DNA of 64,000 bases from Protoeuglena noctilucae (lineage: Eukaryota). This document shows, in pieces, positions 1 to 12,506 of this stretch; position 1 is the first letter of the stretch; every line of letters starts with the position of its first letter. Under the pieces are notes generated by a model. That model had not been told where the DNA came from, did no database searches, and worked only from the letters and a program-made list of their open reading frames with translations. Location of the stretch: contig OY253669.1 of assembly GCA_958009085.1 (NCBI GenBank), forward strand, positions 1,612,001 to 1,676,000, given 5' to 3'. The position numbers and the translations under genes are program-made.

Positions 1-205
1 CTCGTGCCACGCCGCAGCCCTCCGAGCCCGGCACCCGCCGGGCGCGTTGTCAGCAGCGTGCAGGTTGGCGCGAACGCGGCGTTTCCTCCCCCTCCGTCCT
101 GCGCTTAGCGCCTGATCATCCAACGTCCCAATCTCTTGCAGATACGCAAACCACCCCGGGGATCGTGAGTGCGGGCGCCCGGCAGGTCCCGGCGCGATCC
201 CCGCC

Positions 206-3200
206 ATGGCGGGGCGCCATGCCATCGAGCGCCCCGCTGCGGCTCCGGGTTGGTCGAGCGATGAGATTGCGGCTGCCCGCGACCTGGACCTGGACGTCCA
301 TGGCATGCGCGACCTGGCCCGGTTCGGCTGGATTGGTGAGTCGCCGCAGACGAAAGCGCAGCAGACGAAAGGGCAGCCCAGTCCACCACTGCGCCCGATG
401 GCTCGCCCCGCCTCTTCTTCTCGCTTATGGGAGATCGCACTCCGCTCGCGCTCGCAGCGAGGGAACTCGCCGGCGCCCCGCTGCCGCACGGCTGGAGCTG
501 CGAGCGAGGGCTGGATGGGAGCCGCTGCTTTGCTCTGAAGGGCCGGCTGCGGAAGGCGCATCCGTTGTTGGACGTTTTCCGAGGCGTCCTCGAGGCGGTG
601 CGGGAGCGGGAAGAGCTGAACGAGTTCCTCGCGGTGGCCGTCGGCGCCCTCTGCCGCACATGCCGTCGCCTGTGGGGCGATAGCGAGCTGGCGTCGTGGG
701 TGTTTGGGCAGATCGGCCAGGCGCACAGGGCGATGGAGCAGGTCCAGCCGGATCAGGTGCTGGAGATGGCGCGGTACATGCACATCGACGAGATCGAGGA
801 GCGGGAGCTGACGTGGGTGGCGCTGTGGGCGGTGCCCTTCACGCTGCCGCCCGACTGGGAGGAGTGGGAGGACGACCGCGGCAGGCCGTACTACTACCAT
901 CGGGGCACGCGCGTGTCCACGTACGACCACCCGCTCGACGCCTTCTTTGCTCGCCTCCTGGAGGTGAGTGCACAGATGGATGCTTTGCATGGACCGCACG
1001 CCGCCCCCTGCCATGGCCAGCCGACCCCGTTGCTCACGCCAACCCCGGCCTTCATTGCCCAGGGAGAGCGGACGGAGCTGGCGCGGGCGAGGGCGCGAGA
1101 GAAGGCCACGGGCCCCGTCACGCGCCTCCGGCAGCGGTCGGCCGTGGCGGGCGGGCAGGGGCTCCTTCCCTTCTTCGACGAGCAGCGCCGCGTCTACTTC
1201 GCGGACATCCTGGCACCCGAACGGCGCGTCTATTTCTCCGACGCATGCGACATGCACCAGCGGTGCGTGCCTGCCTGTCGCAGCTGTGTGCGCACCACCC
1301 TATGCGTTGATGAGGTCGACCGCATGCACGCTGGTCGACCCACACTGTCGAATAAACCGTCTCATTTCATTCCGCCGCATCCACGCTCGCAGTGCCGCCC
1401 GGACCATCCAGCGCGCCGTGCGACGACGCTCCCAGCGAGCGCGTGCCGCCCAGGCACCCGAGCTCCCCAAGCGCCTCGACTCCCCTGGCTTCTCCTGCGG
1501 CGAGAGCGTCCCTTACCACGCCCCGTCCGAGTCCCACGACGTCCGCCTGCCACCAGGCCTCGCCGTCCGCGCGAGCGTCCCGGAGCTGCATGGGTCCTTC
1601 CGATCGACGTCCCCATCCGAGGACCCTCGCGCCGCGGTGTCGGCATCCTACTCGGAGGAAGGGACGTCGTTAAGGGACCCTGCGGGGCCGCGGGGGCGGG
1701 ACGGCGGGAGGGCCCCGCCGGCCATATCAGTGCCGGCCGCCGCGCCCGCCGACGTCGTCCCGGCACAGTCGGGGCGGCCCGGGACCTCGGGATCCGGGCA
1801 GGTCGACGACGCGACGTCGTCGCCGCGGCGATCGAGCAGCGTGGCGCCCACGGAGCACCTGGACGCGGTGCTGGCGCCGACGGCGGTGGTCAGGCACGCC
1901 GCGTTTGGGGAGGTGCCCCGGCCCCGGACGGCGGGGTGGGGGGACCTGGGCGAGGCGGGCGGGGGCAAGCCGACGCGCGTGGCGTGGCAGACAGCGCGGG
2001 AGGAGTCGGGTTGCAGCGAGGGGTCCGGGTGCGGGTCTGGGAGCTCGGGTTCGATCGAGGTGGAGGCCTCGTCGGAGGCGGCCAGCCGGGCGTGGGCGGG
2101 CCCGGCGCCCGGCTCCGCGACGGCGCTGCGGCTGGCGTGCATGGTGGCGGTGCGGTGGCGGCTGTTCCGTGCGCGGCAGGAGGAGATGTGGGCGGGGATG
2201 ATGGAGCGTTTCCGGCACGGCATGGCGGCGCGGATCCAGGCCGCGTGGCGGGGCTACCGGCAGAACCGGGCGTGGCGGCTGGTGCGGGGCTCGGCGGACG
2301 ACCTGCGGCGGGCGCGGCAGCGGCGGGGGGTGCCGGGCGGCGTGACGCCGGCCGACCTGCGGAGGCTCATGCTCCAGGTGCAGCGCACCATGGTGCGGCG
2401 GTCGCCCCGGGAGCACTCGGCGGCCGTCACGCTGCAGGCGGCGGCCCGGCGGTGGCTGGCCCGCCGCCGCCGGCAGCGACTGGCGCACGTGCGCGAGGAG
2501 CGGCGCGAGCTGCTGAAGAGGTTCGAGGCCGCGTATAGGTGGATGTACCGGTTCCCGCAAGTGCCGCTCGACGCGCGGGCGCCGGAGGAGCTGGGCGCCA
2601 AGCAGCCCCTCCACGTCAGGCAGTGGTACTGGCTGGTGTCCCGCGCCGCGCGCATCGACGTTGGCCCGGGGCTCAGCGGCGACCTGCGGGCTGAGGAGGC
2701 CATTAACAAGCGCCTGCAGCGCCGCCTGGACCGCCTCCTGCACCTGGTGAGTGCTGTAGTATGGTGCACATGAAGCACAGGATGGGCGCCCGAGCATGCA
2801 GCGAGCGCGAGGCCCATACCCACGCTGAAACTGCGCATGCAATCGTCTGTCACACCTGCCCCCACCCCCGCGCGTCGTCGCAGGCGGCCCAGCGGCGCCG
2901 GGACAGGGAGGGCCTGGAGGGTCAGCTGCGGGTGCTGCTGGCGCTGGCGGAGGCGGGCAGGGATCAGGCAGTAGTGCTGGCGCGCATGCCGGGCCGCGGG
3001 AAGGACCTGTGGCTGGCGGAGGAGCTGCTCGCGACGCTGCGTGGCACGGGGGCGCAGCTGCTGGCGGACCTGGAGGCGGACGACATGCGCCTCTGCAACG
3101 TCATGTCCCGGGCCAAGTCTCGGCTGGTGCAGGCCTGGGACGGCTGCCGCGCGAGCGCCGAGTTCCGGCGCCGCTCCGGACTGCTGCAGCTCCCGCCATC

Positions 3201-3480
3201 CGCGCGGTCGCTGGCGGCGCTGGTGGACGNNNNNNNNNNNNNNNNNNNNNNNNNNNNNNNNNNNNNNNNNNNNNNNNNNNNNNNNNNNNNNNNNNNNNNN
3301 NNNNNNNNNNNNNNNNNNNNNNNNNNNNNNNNNNNNNNNNNNNNNNNNNNNNNNNNNNNNNNNNNNNNNNNNNNNNNNNNNNNNNNNNNNNNNNNNNNNN
3401 NNNNNNNNNNNNNNNNNNNNNNNNNNNNNGACGCCCTGCATCGTGTCGAGCGGTGTTGTCATCCGCTACACGCTGAGTAG
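206..3480 (+). CDS. Spliced gene: CEP164-like tandem WW-domain protein with IQ motifs (3' end spans the assembly gap)
   Basis: Exon 1 MAGRHAIERP...ARFGWI|gtgagt joins ARELAGAPLPHGWSC...HPLLDVFR. The second unit EMARYMHIDEIEERELTWVA...LPPDWEEWEDDRGRPYYYHRGTRVSTYDHPLD resembles the CEP164 N-terminal WW module. IQ-like motifs: AARTIQRAVRR, AARIQAAWRGYRQNR, AAVTLQAAARRWLARR. Stop TAG at 3478-3480 if the gap closes in frame. Confidence 0.7.
3230..3429. other. Assembly gap (200 N)
   Basis: Run of exactly 200 N; both flanks carry GACG. Confidence 0.99.
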
Positions 3481-3736
3481 CTCGAGCTCTCGCTGCTTCC
3501 TCTTCTCATGATTTTGATTCGCGGTCTTGTGAGGCCGCGGTTGGGTCCCCAGTTCATACTGTGCTTTCCTCCTACGCTCACTTTCCGACTGCCGGAAAGT
3601 GAGGCAGCGCTAGCGGTTTCGCCGTCATGTCTGAGCCTCCAGTCTTGAAGAGTGGTGCTCATTCGCCACGCTACAAAAGCACGCAACACAGCGCATGACG
3701 CGACAACAGCGATGTTAGTATGGGCTTGTTTGTTGC

Positions 3737-6700
3737 TCACTGCCCCAGCATCTGCGCGATGCGAGCGGACCGGAAGTCGTCCCTCAGCTTCACCATCTCC
3801 AGCGCTTTCCGCCGCAGCAGACCTGCATGGGTTACAGAAGGCAGTGAGATCGATGACACCCGCACCGTCAGCCGCGCCCAGGTCTGGTGAGCCGCCGCCA
3901 CGTGAACAGCGCCCCGTGCCACGCACCCATCGAGTCGATGACGCCAGGAATCGATGCCGGCTCCACCAAAAAGACCCCCAGGACCTCTGCCAATGCCGCC
4001 ATGTCCTGCAATGCAAGGCATGTCACACCACCCTGGCAGGGTGGCCATCATCAACGGCCAATGCAGTGCAATGCAGTGCAGTGCTGCGCTGTGCTGCGCT
4101 CTGCTGCGCCATGCTGTGCCGTGCAGTGCATGACCATGCCATGCATGCTGTGCCATGCACGCTTTGCACACTTGCACCCTCCAATCCCTCGCCTTCTCCA
4201 CTGCGGGGCATTTGAGGTCCGCGGCCACCTCCTGCAGCTCCCTTAGGTCCCGCTTCAGCTGCAGGGCGCCCGTGGAGCAGAAGGTGTACTTGCCCACGTG
4301 GGACTCGAGGGCGTCAAACATGGCACGTGCCAGATCTGCAGGCAGGTGCAGGGACTCCAGACTCCGACCTGCCCCAAGTGCGGGGCAGAGTCACATGTGC
4401 CCGCCACCCATGTGCATGCCACCCATCTGATGTCACCCATAGCATGCGCCAGTCACACCCATGTGCATGCCACCACATGCACCCTCGCATCTCGCCCTCA
4501 CCCTCCGTCAGCCGCTCTTGGTTGCCGCTGTCGGGGATGCACGCCTGGATGTCGCGAGCGGCCGCACGCACGAACGACGCCACCAGGCTGATGCCGGGCG
4601 TGGGGCGGTCCAGCTGCGGCGACGTCTCCCCCGTCACCTGCACACACAATGGGGCGATTGATGCTCATAAGACCCTGGCAGGCCGAGGCAAGGGTAGGAG
4701 CACGGAAAGGGCTACTGAGAGAGTTGCTAAAGCGCGGCGGAGAGGGCTGTCAGGTGTACCCGGGTATCCCATGTGCCACGACGGCACCCACCCCTGAGCC
4801 ATGCGCCCTGGCACCCCCGCTCGCCTTGTAGAAGGACTTCTGCGTATTCAGAGACAGCGTCTGCAGGAGCTGCTGCTTGACGGCCGCCTGTGCCTTCTGA
4901 AGGATCCCTTCACAGGCGCCCTCCGCCTCGCCAGCAAACAACCGCATCCCCGTCTCAATGTTCTGTCGCGCCTCACGGGCGCCGGGACCCTCCATGACCG
5001 GCAGCACTGCGGCGGGGAAACTGAGATAGTTTATTCAAATAACACTGCTGTGGGGTGACGGGGCAAGTCACGCTGCGAGTCATCGCGCCGTGACGCGCGA
5101 CGGCAGCAACACCCTCTCAACTGTTCGGCCCCACAGGCGCGCAGTTCTCACGTGTCGATCGGACGAAGTCGTCCACGAGCGCCGCGAGCTGCGTGGCCAT
5201 CGCCACCGCGACAAACGCGTGAGCCAGGCCCTCCCTCACGGCCTTGGTCGTCTCCTCCGCTGTCATCCCCGGCCTGAGAAGAGAAGTCATACAGGGTAGA
5301 GTATATGGCTCTGCACAGACCAAAGCCACTCTTGCTTAGCGCTTGCCTAGCGCTTAATCCCTAAGAAGCCCCTGTGTAGTCCCAATCGACTCACTTGAGT
5401 GGCCTGTCGCACCCCGCCCTCATGAGCACCTCTGCCAGCTCGAGCCCACGCACGACGCGCTGAGCAAAGTGTCCGAAGAAGCTCGCGGGCGCCAGGGACG
5501 CGCTCTTCACCCAGGTACGGGGGTACATGAGCGCCTGGACGCTCTCCAGCGATTCCCTGCACATGCATGAGCCATGATGTGCCAGTTGCCAGTTGCGAGG
5601 TGTACAACCCGTGACACGAGTAGTGCATACGAGCGGGGTTCTTGCTTGTTCCGCGGTGTGTTGCTCAACCCGCTGCCATACTGACTACAATCGTACCACC
5701 TCCTTTTCCTACACGCTCAAGCTGGCCCGCACCCGCACCCGCCCTATCGCCCGCAACCGCACTGGCACCACCACTCTCCTCACTCACCCGCTGTTCTGGG
5801 ACAGGACCACCACGCGGTCGACCATCTTGCTGAAGCGCTCCAGGGCGCCGGTGGTCACCGTCTTGCCCGCGATGGCTGATATCACCGCCGCACTGTCGAG
5901 CGTCTCATGGAGGGCCCTGTGAGAGCAAAAGCAAACAGGCTCATGTCAGACAGTGTGTTGCCTCAAACAGCATGCTCTCTCCCTCGGAGGCACAAAGGCG
6001 GTGACAGGCAAAGGGCAGGTGCGGTGCAGCAGCAACGTTTGGCGACATGGCAGCGTCAGTGTCCCTCGGCCTCCCCAGCACGTGAGAGACGACCCCCGTA
6101 TTCCCACAGAAAAAGCATCACTGGGTTGTAATAATGAGGATGATCAGCTACGCCCAGCGCCCCTCACTTGAGCAGCATGACCTCCGCGTCCACATGCACC
6201 GCCAGCATCTCTGCCAGGGCCGCCGGGCCCAGTTTCTCGATCATGGGGCACGGCACCGCGAGCTTCGAAGCCACCTCGATCCCCGCGGCCTGGGCGACGC
6301 AGTGGAAGGGGGTGAGTCAGCAGCGCAGCAGGGTCGTGCGATGATTGCGCGTCTGTGCAAAATATGGGCGATGGTGGGGTGTGCACGTCGGGGTGCGTGG
6401 GTGCCGGCAGGCAATCAGCGGCCACACGGCCACCCATTAAGCTGTTTTTGAACTAAGTGGGGCAGTCGCATATGCACCAACGCCATGCAAAGCACAGCCC
6501 ATGCCATCTCACCTGCAGCCGCTCGTACATGCTCCTGAGAGCCTCGAGGTAGTCCTCGATTTCATCCACGGTGGCATCCGAACTGCAGAAGATTAGACAA
6601 GGAAAACAGGCGTGTCGATGGACAAGCAGGTTACCACTCGCGGCCGCAGTGCCCATTGCAGACATCTAATAAGGAAGGAGAGACAATGACATGTGCTGCA

Positions 6701-8926
6701 CAAGTGACCCCCGCCGCCTTTGCTAGACAACCCAAGCAGGGCTTTAATGATCACACACCCACTGGGCGCCCGTGGCAGCTCGCCTGGGGAAGACGAGGCA
6801 GTTGCGCATGATGGGCTTGAGCTGGCTCTCGACGGCTGCCGTGAAGAGGGCGGCCATGGGCCTCTCTGGGTCCTGCAGGATGGTCCTGAGCACCTCAGAC
6901 TCCCGGCTTATGAGTTGTTGGAAGTCCAAGATGACGCGAGCCTGCAGGGAGGAAGAGCAGTTGCTCGCATTAGCGATGAAGCATGCGTGCGTGCGACCAG
7001 ACCAGTGACCATCGCGGGACGCCGCACAGGTGAGCCTGGCTGCCACCCCGCTGCGTGGCACCCCCACTACAACCCGACTACAACCCCCCCTGCCACCCCC
7101 ACTCACCAGCGCCACGTTCCTCTCCCCAGGGTCCGTGAAGTCCGAGGACGGGACCACTGGCACGGTCGCAGGGTGGCCGTCCAGGTACAGGGTCGGGAGA
7201 GTGGAGCCCCTGCCTAGCGCCTGGGAGGCACGGAGAAGGGGTGATGTGAGACGGGCAAGGGAAGCAGTCAGTCAGTCACTTTGCAAAGCTGCAAAGCCCC
7301 GCACCTGCAGCAACTCTGCGGCCCTCTTCATCCCCGCGAGGTCCTTCGTGGCACAGGCGCCTGCGTGTGTAACGATGATAGCGAACACATTGGAAGAGAG
7401 ACGATGCGGGATGCAGAGAGCTACAGAGAGGCACGGCGGGCGTGTCACGAGACAGAGCTGTCATAACCAGAGCTGTCGAATGACAGCGACAGGGCGCCAC
7501 GCTTGGGATTCCAGCTGTTGTGCAGTGATCCATCCACATCCACAAGCAGCCTTCCAGTTCCTCAAGAAACTCCTAAACAGCCATGGGAAGGCAGCCTTGC
7601 CTTGAAAGTCCTTCACCGCGGCCTCCTCGCTGCGCCGCACGTGGGCGTGGAGGTTCTCCACCGCGATGAGCAGCTGGCCCAGGTTGACCGTGCCTCTCTG
7701 CACGGGGCCGTCGTCGAAGTCCGTAGAGTCTGGGGGTGTCCAGGCAGCGAGCACGTTCACGTTTCTAGTACAAAAGAAGCAAGGAGGAGGAGCAGGAGCT
7801 GCACATGCTAAGCACCGTCTTAAAAGGACAGCCCCTGAAGAGCGTTGCCCCAACCACACCACCCTCGGCGCACCACCGTCCCAGTCACACCACCCTCAGC
7901 ACAGCGTGCCCCAGTCACGCCGCACCTGCGGGCCCTGTCGTGCGGTGGAGCAGCTCCTCCGCCACGGACAGGAGCTCTGCGGCCTTAGCACACGCAGCCA
8001 CGCGCTTCTGCTGGGCGTCTTGGCCCTGGAAAACGGTGAACTCTGGCGGCAAGTGCTGTAAATTGGGGCCCGCCTCTGCAAAGTCCACCAGGTGCCTGCG
8101 AGGGGGTCAGACCTGGCACTGGCAATCGTGACTCGACCCTGGGCGTGCTGCACTGAGAGAGGCCAACTTGTGTGCCCCATCTCAATATGACGCACCGGAT
8201 GATGCGGTGTGATTGTTCGGCCCGAATCCTCCTCTCCTCCGTGAGCTTCAGCTTCTCCACTGCGAGGGAGCGAGGCAGGAACGCTTGTCGGTCCCGGCTT
8301 CTGGGGTCCACAACCGGCGGCCCCACCGCAGGGGCCTTGCCAGGCCCACGCAACACGCACCCGTCTCTCCCGAAACGCTCAGGACGCCCTTGAGCGTGGA
8401 GTCCAGCTTCTGGCACTCTTGCAATGCGCTGGAGATGCCCGTCTCAAGCATGGCTGCGGGAATGGTGGTTGGGTTGGTTGTTGGGTTCTTGACTCGTTTG
8501 CTCATCAGCTGGTACACAGGGGCGCAGCCCTCCCGCCCGCGCTGCCCACCAGCGGATTCCAGCTGCTCTCGCCGCCTCGCCTCCACGTCCTCAATAATGG
8601 CCATCACCTGCGTGACGAGAGTGCTGGGAAGGGGATGCGCGCAAGGTACGCCTGACCCCGGGGAAGCAGCAGCAGCCTTCCGCACGCACCCTGTCTTGTT
8701 GCTGCGTCTTCACATGGTACACCTGCTCCTCCAGCTCCGCCAGGCTGGCAATTAGGCCGTCGATGGAGAGGTTTTGACCCGCTGAGAGGGAAACGGCCCT
8801 GGTTCGGTCGCGGTGGTGGGAAGCTGCGGTCTGTCAGGCTCCCACAACGACTTTCAGCACTGTACCTTGGAACGCTCGCGCCAGGACCTTGCTGGGCAGC
8901 GTCTCGCTGACGAAACCGCCCTGCAT
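3737..8926 (-). CDS. SEC10: Exocyst complex component SEC10 (EXOC5), multi-exon
   Basis: Spliced segments match Sec10 motifs: FQGACATKDLAGMKRAAELLQ, ESEVLRTILQDPERPMAALF, IEDYLEALRSMYERL, HVGKYTFCSTGALQLKRDLRELQE, LAEVLGVFLVEPASI, KLRDDFRSARIAQMLGQ*. Start ATG (MQGGFVSETL) is tentative. Confidence 0.85.
4065..4165. repeat. Degenerate pentamer (TGCAG/TGCTG/CATGC) microsatellite in a SEC10 intron
   Basis: atgcagtgcaatgcagtgcagtgctgcgctgtgctgcgctctgctgcgccatgctgtgccgtgcagtgcatg. Confidence 0.7.
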
Positions 8927-9440
8927 CCTCCCTCCCCGGGGCACAGTGCCCCGAGGGTCCCACGCCACGCCACTCCAGGGCAGTCGCTGCACAGGTGACG
9001 CGAGAGGGGACCCGCCTTGCGCTCTCGCCTCCTCTCACGCGACCAATCGCCCAGTCAGCGATGCGGTGCGCGTCGAGTGCAGGTGGTGGGCGATTTCAGG
9101 GACGGGCGAACGAAGCGAGGATAGGGGTATGGTGTCAGGCACCGCTCTCTGCTCTCGCGGCAACGAGGAATGCAAAACGCCGTCTGCGGTGATTGAAACG
9201 TGGATTTTCTGGCCTGTTTCAAGCAGGGCCGGGCCGCGCGCTCCTCCCCGCCCGCTGCGTGGTTCCCTCCACGCAGTGACTTTTGTGAAACTCCTCCACG
9301 TGGGCTGCTGTCCCGCGGACCCTCTCAGAGCCCCGCCAACGTCCGGTCGTGGCTGACCTCGCTCCGATTCGCGCGTTTCTTTGCCCACGCATCCGTTTCC
9401 CACCTCTTTGTCGGGATTTTGTGAGGGACAGCTGGGAGCC

Positions 9441-10565
9441 ATGCCCATCGACCTGTCCGAAGTGCCCGTGGGTGATCTGATGGCCGAGGTCAAGCGCCGC
9501 CTCGAGTGCCAGGACAAACCAGAGCGCCGGGTCATTCTGATAGGTGAGAGGCTCCAGGGCGCGCGCGGCGTCCGCGGTTGCGCGCGATCGAGCTCGGAGG
9601 GCGGTCTGCGCCTGCCAGGCGGGGCCACACCGGGGAGATCCGCTCCCCGAGACGTCGTTTGCAGGGCCTCCCGGTTGCGGGAAGGGCACGCAGTCGCCCA
9701 TCATCAAGAAGGACAACTGCCTCTGCCACCTGGCCACGGGTGACATGCTGCGTGCTGCGGTGGCCGAGGGGACTGCGATGGGGAAGAAGGCCAAGGCGGC
9801 GATGGACGCGGGCGCGCTCGTCTCCGACGACATCGTTGTGGGGATCATCGCCGACGCCGTGAAGAAGCCCGAGTGCCGCAACGGCTTCATCCTGGACGGC
9901 TTCCCGCGCACGGTGGCCCAGGCCGAGATGCTCGACTCCATGCTCCAGAAGGCGAGACCCGGGCGTGGCCTCCGCGCATGGACAGCGCATGCAGCACCTG
10001 TCGGCTACAGCGATCGATCCGTGACACCTCGCTCGCGTGTGCCTCGGCCCGCAGCGTGGGGTCGGCATTGACAAGGTCCTCAACTTCCTGGTCCCGGATG
10101 AGACCCTGGTGGAGCGCGTCACGGGGCGCTGGATCCACCCGGCGTCCGGCCGTTCGTACCACGAGAAGTTCGCGCCGCCCAAGGCAAGTCGACAGCATGC
10201 GCGGGCCAGGGCTCGCCGAGCGGTCCCAGCATGGGCCCACCTTTACATACGCCCGTGTGCCTGTGCAGGCGGCGGGGGTCGACGACGTGACCGGGGAGCC
10301 TCTCATTTGGCGCAAGGACGACAACGCGGAGACGCTCAAGGCCCGGCTGGTGAGGAACTGAGGCGTGGTGGGGTGAGCCGGGCTGGGAGAGAGTGGCGGG
10401 GCGAGCGTCTCAGATTCCCACCCCCACGGGCGGTCGCAGGGCGCTTTCCACGCTCAGACGCAGCCCGTCATCGAGTACTACAAGCGGAAGGGCATGGTGT
10501 ACGACCTGGTCGCGGACAAGCCCGCTGCCGACGTGACGTCTCAGGTCCGCAAGGCCCTGAGCTGA
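9441..10565 (+). CDS. ADK: Adenylate kinase (plant ADK3/4 type), 5 exons
   Basis: [15 protein letters not shown]-loop, [19 protein letters not shown], lid [25 protein letters not shown]. Introns 2 and 3 are GC-AG. Confidence 0.97.
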
Positions 10566-10652
10566 GGGCTAGAGCGCTGCGCGGGGAGATTCGCTAGCCT
10601 GACGTTCAACGCTGCTCGGCGACGCGGCCAAACAAGGCTATGTCATGGCACT

Positions 10653-11825
10653 TTACGACAGGACCGCCAGGATGTCACCCTCCCGGATAACGATGTAGCC
10701 CGCCCCATCTTTGCCCTCGAACTCGACGCCAGAGTACTTGGAGTAGAGCACGGAAGCCCCGGCGGGGACGCCGACGGCCTGCACCTCGCCATTCTCACTC
10801 CGCTTGCCCGGCCCCGCCGCCAGGACCTGTGGGGGGGTAGCGTGACGGTGCGAATGCTGCACGCGGGCGAGCCGGCCTCCGTCGCAGCGCGCTGGCAAGG
10901 AAAGCTGCGTCTCACTTTGCCGATCGTCGGCCGCTCGGCTGTCGACCCCGACAGGATGACACCCCCGGTCGTCTTGCTGCTCGCCTCGGCCAACTCCACC
11001 AGCAGCCGGTCCCCCAGCGGCTTGAGGTTGCGGACGTCGTCCCCAGCCATCAGGCCGATGCTGCGGGCGCAGAGACCGCATGCTCGCGCACGCCGCCAGC
11101 CGAGCAGAGTCGCTCTGCGTCCCCGCCACAGCTCCGCCTCACCAGTCCTCCTCCTTCAGCAGCACGTACTCTGCGTCCTTCATCTCCACCTCCGTGCCCG
11201 CGTACTTGGAGTACACCACCCGGTCGCCCGCCTTGACGTTCTTGCAGTCCGCGGAGGCGTCCACGACCTCCCCCGCGGTGGGCTTCTTCTGCGCCGTGCT
11301 GGGCAGGAGGATGCCGCCGGACGACACCTCCTCCACGTCGCCGACGCGGACGAACACGCGCTCCCCGACGGGCTTCACGGTCGAGAACTGCGGCAGCGGG
11401 CGCAGCGGGGGCGCTGCCGCGGGAAACACGTTCTAGAAGTGCCGTGCCCCTGGAAGAGGCCAGGGAAGGGCGGAGAGGGCGCGAGCTGGGCGCCAAGGGT
11501 ATCCAAGCATCTGCGTTGGCCACGCTGATTCGGGAGCCGGGCGCAGTGGCCGAAACTCGCCAAGGAGGCGAAGCCATCGAATGGATGATGGCTGCCTGGC
11601 AGCGCGGCACCGGCACGCGGTCGCCCAGTGGAGCACGTCCCCGCGACGATATACCGAAACAACGGATGGAATGCTACGGTCCTGGCTCGTGGGAGGGGAA
11701 ATCGACAGCGCCGGGACGCCGAGCGGCCGCACCTTGGCCGGGACGGTGGCCGCCGCTTGGGCAACGACGCTCCTCCGGTTCGATGCCACCGCCGTGAGGG
11801 CGGGGAGCCTCAAGGTGGACGCCAT
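10653..11825 (-). CDS. CPN20: Chloroplast co-chaperonin CPN20 (tandem GroES domains), 4 exons
   Basis: Transit peptide MASTLRLPALTAVASNRRSVVAQA. Two GroES repeats, KPVGERV...SSGGILLP...VVYSKYAGTE and KPLGDRLL...TTGGVIL...VLYSKYSGVE, ending GDILAVLS*. Confidence 0.96.
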
Positions 11826-12506
11826 CCTACGAGCCCTGAGCTGCCGTGGCTACGAGCGCGCCGCCGGGTGACGTGAAAGCGAGATTGCGCGGATGCTGTA
11901 AAGTTCTCGTGCGGAATGGGTCGGGGAGTGTCGAACAGCTGGAGATGTGAGAGCGCAGTTCCAGCACAAAACCCTACCCTCTTTGGCCCGGTCCCCGCTT
12001 GAGGACGAGGCTCGGCGTTGGCACCCCAATCAACCCTGTCCAGGCCCTTGCGTCTCGACTTCCTGGCCGGGCTGATGTGAGCGGCATGGGCCACGGTCGG
12101 CAAACGCGCTTGCAAAACTCGGCCTGTCGTGACCCCGCTCTCGGCGGCTAGCTAGATTAGACGTGAACTGAGGAACGCAGCATCGGGCTTGACGTCGCTG
12201 GGCGTCCACAGGTGCGCGCAAGGTCCAACTTTTCACACGCGTCGCCACTTCGCGGTAACCCGGCAGCGCATTCCAGGGTCCGGCGCATCCTGAGCTGGAG
12301 ATGATGAAAAACAAATCGCTCGCATTGCTCGCGGCTTTGACAGCTCCGCCCATCGGTGGCTGGGCAGCGAGGAGTGCAGCGCACACTGAAACGGTCGCAG
12401 CGCTCTGCTCCACGACGCTTCGCCGTCTATCTGTGCGGCAAGCGGCTTTAGGGATGGATGAGGTCGGGATGGCGTGGGAACGGGTGCGCGGTGGCTCCCC
12501 GCAGGC

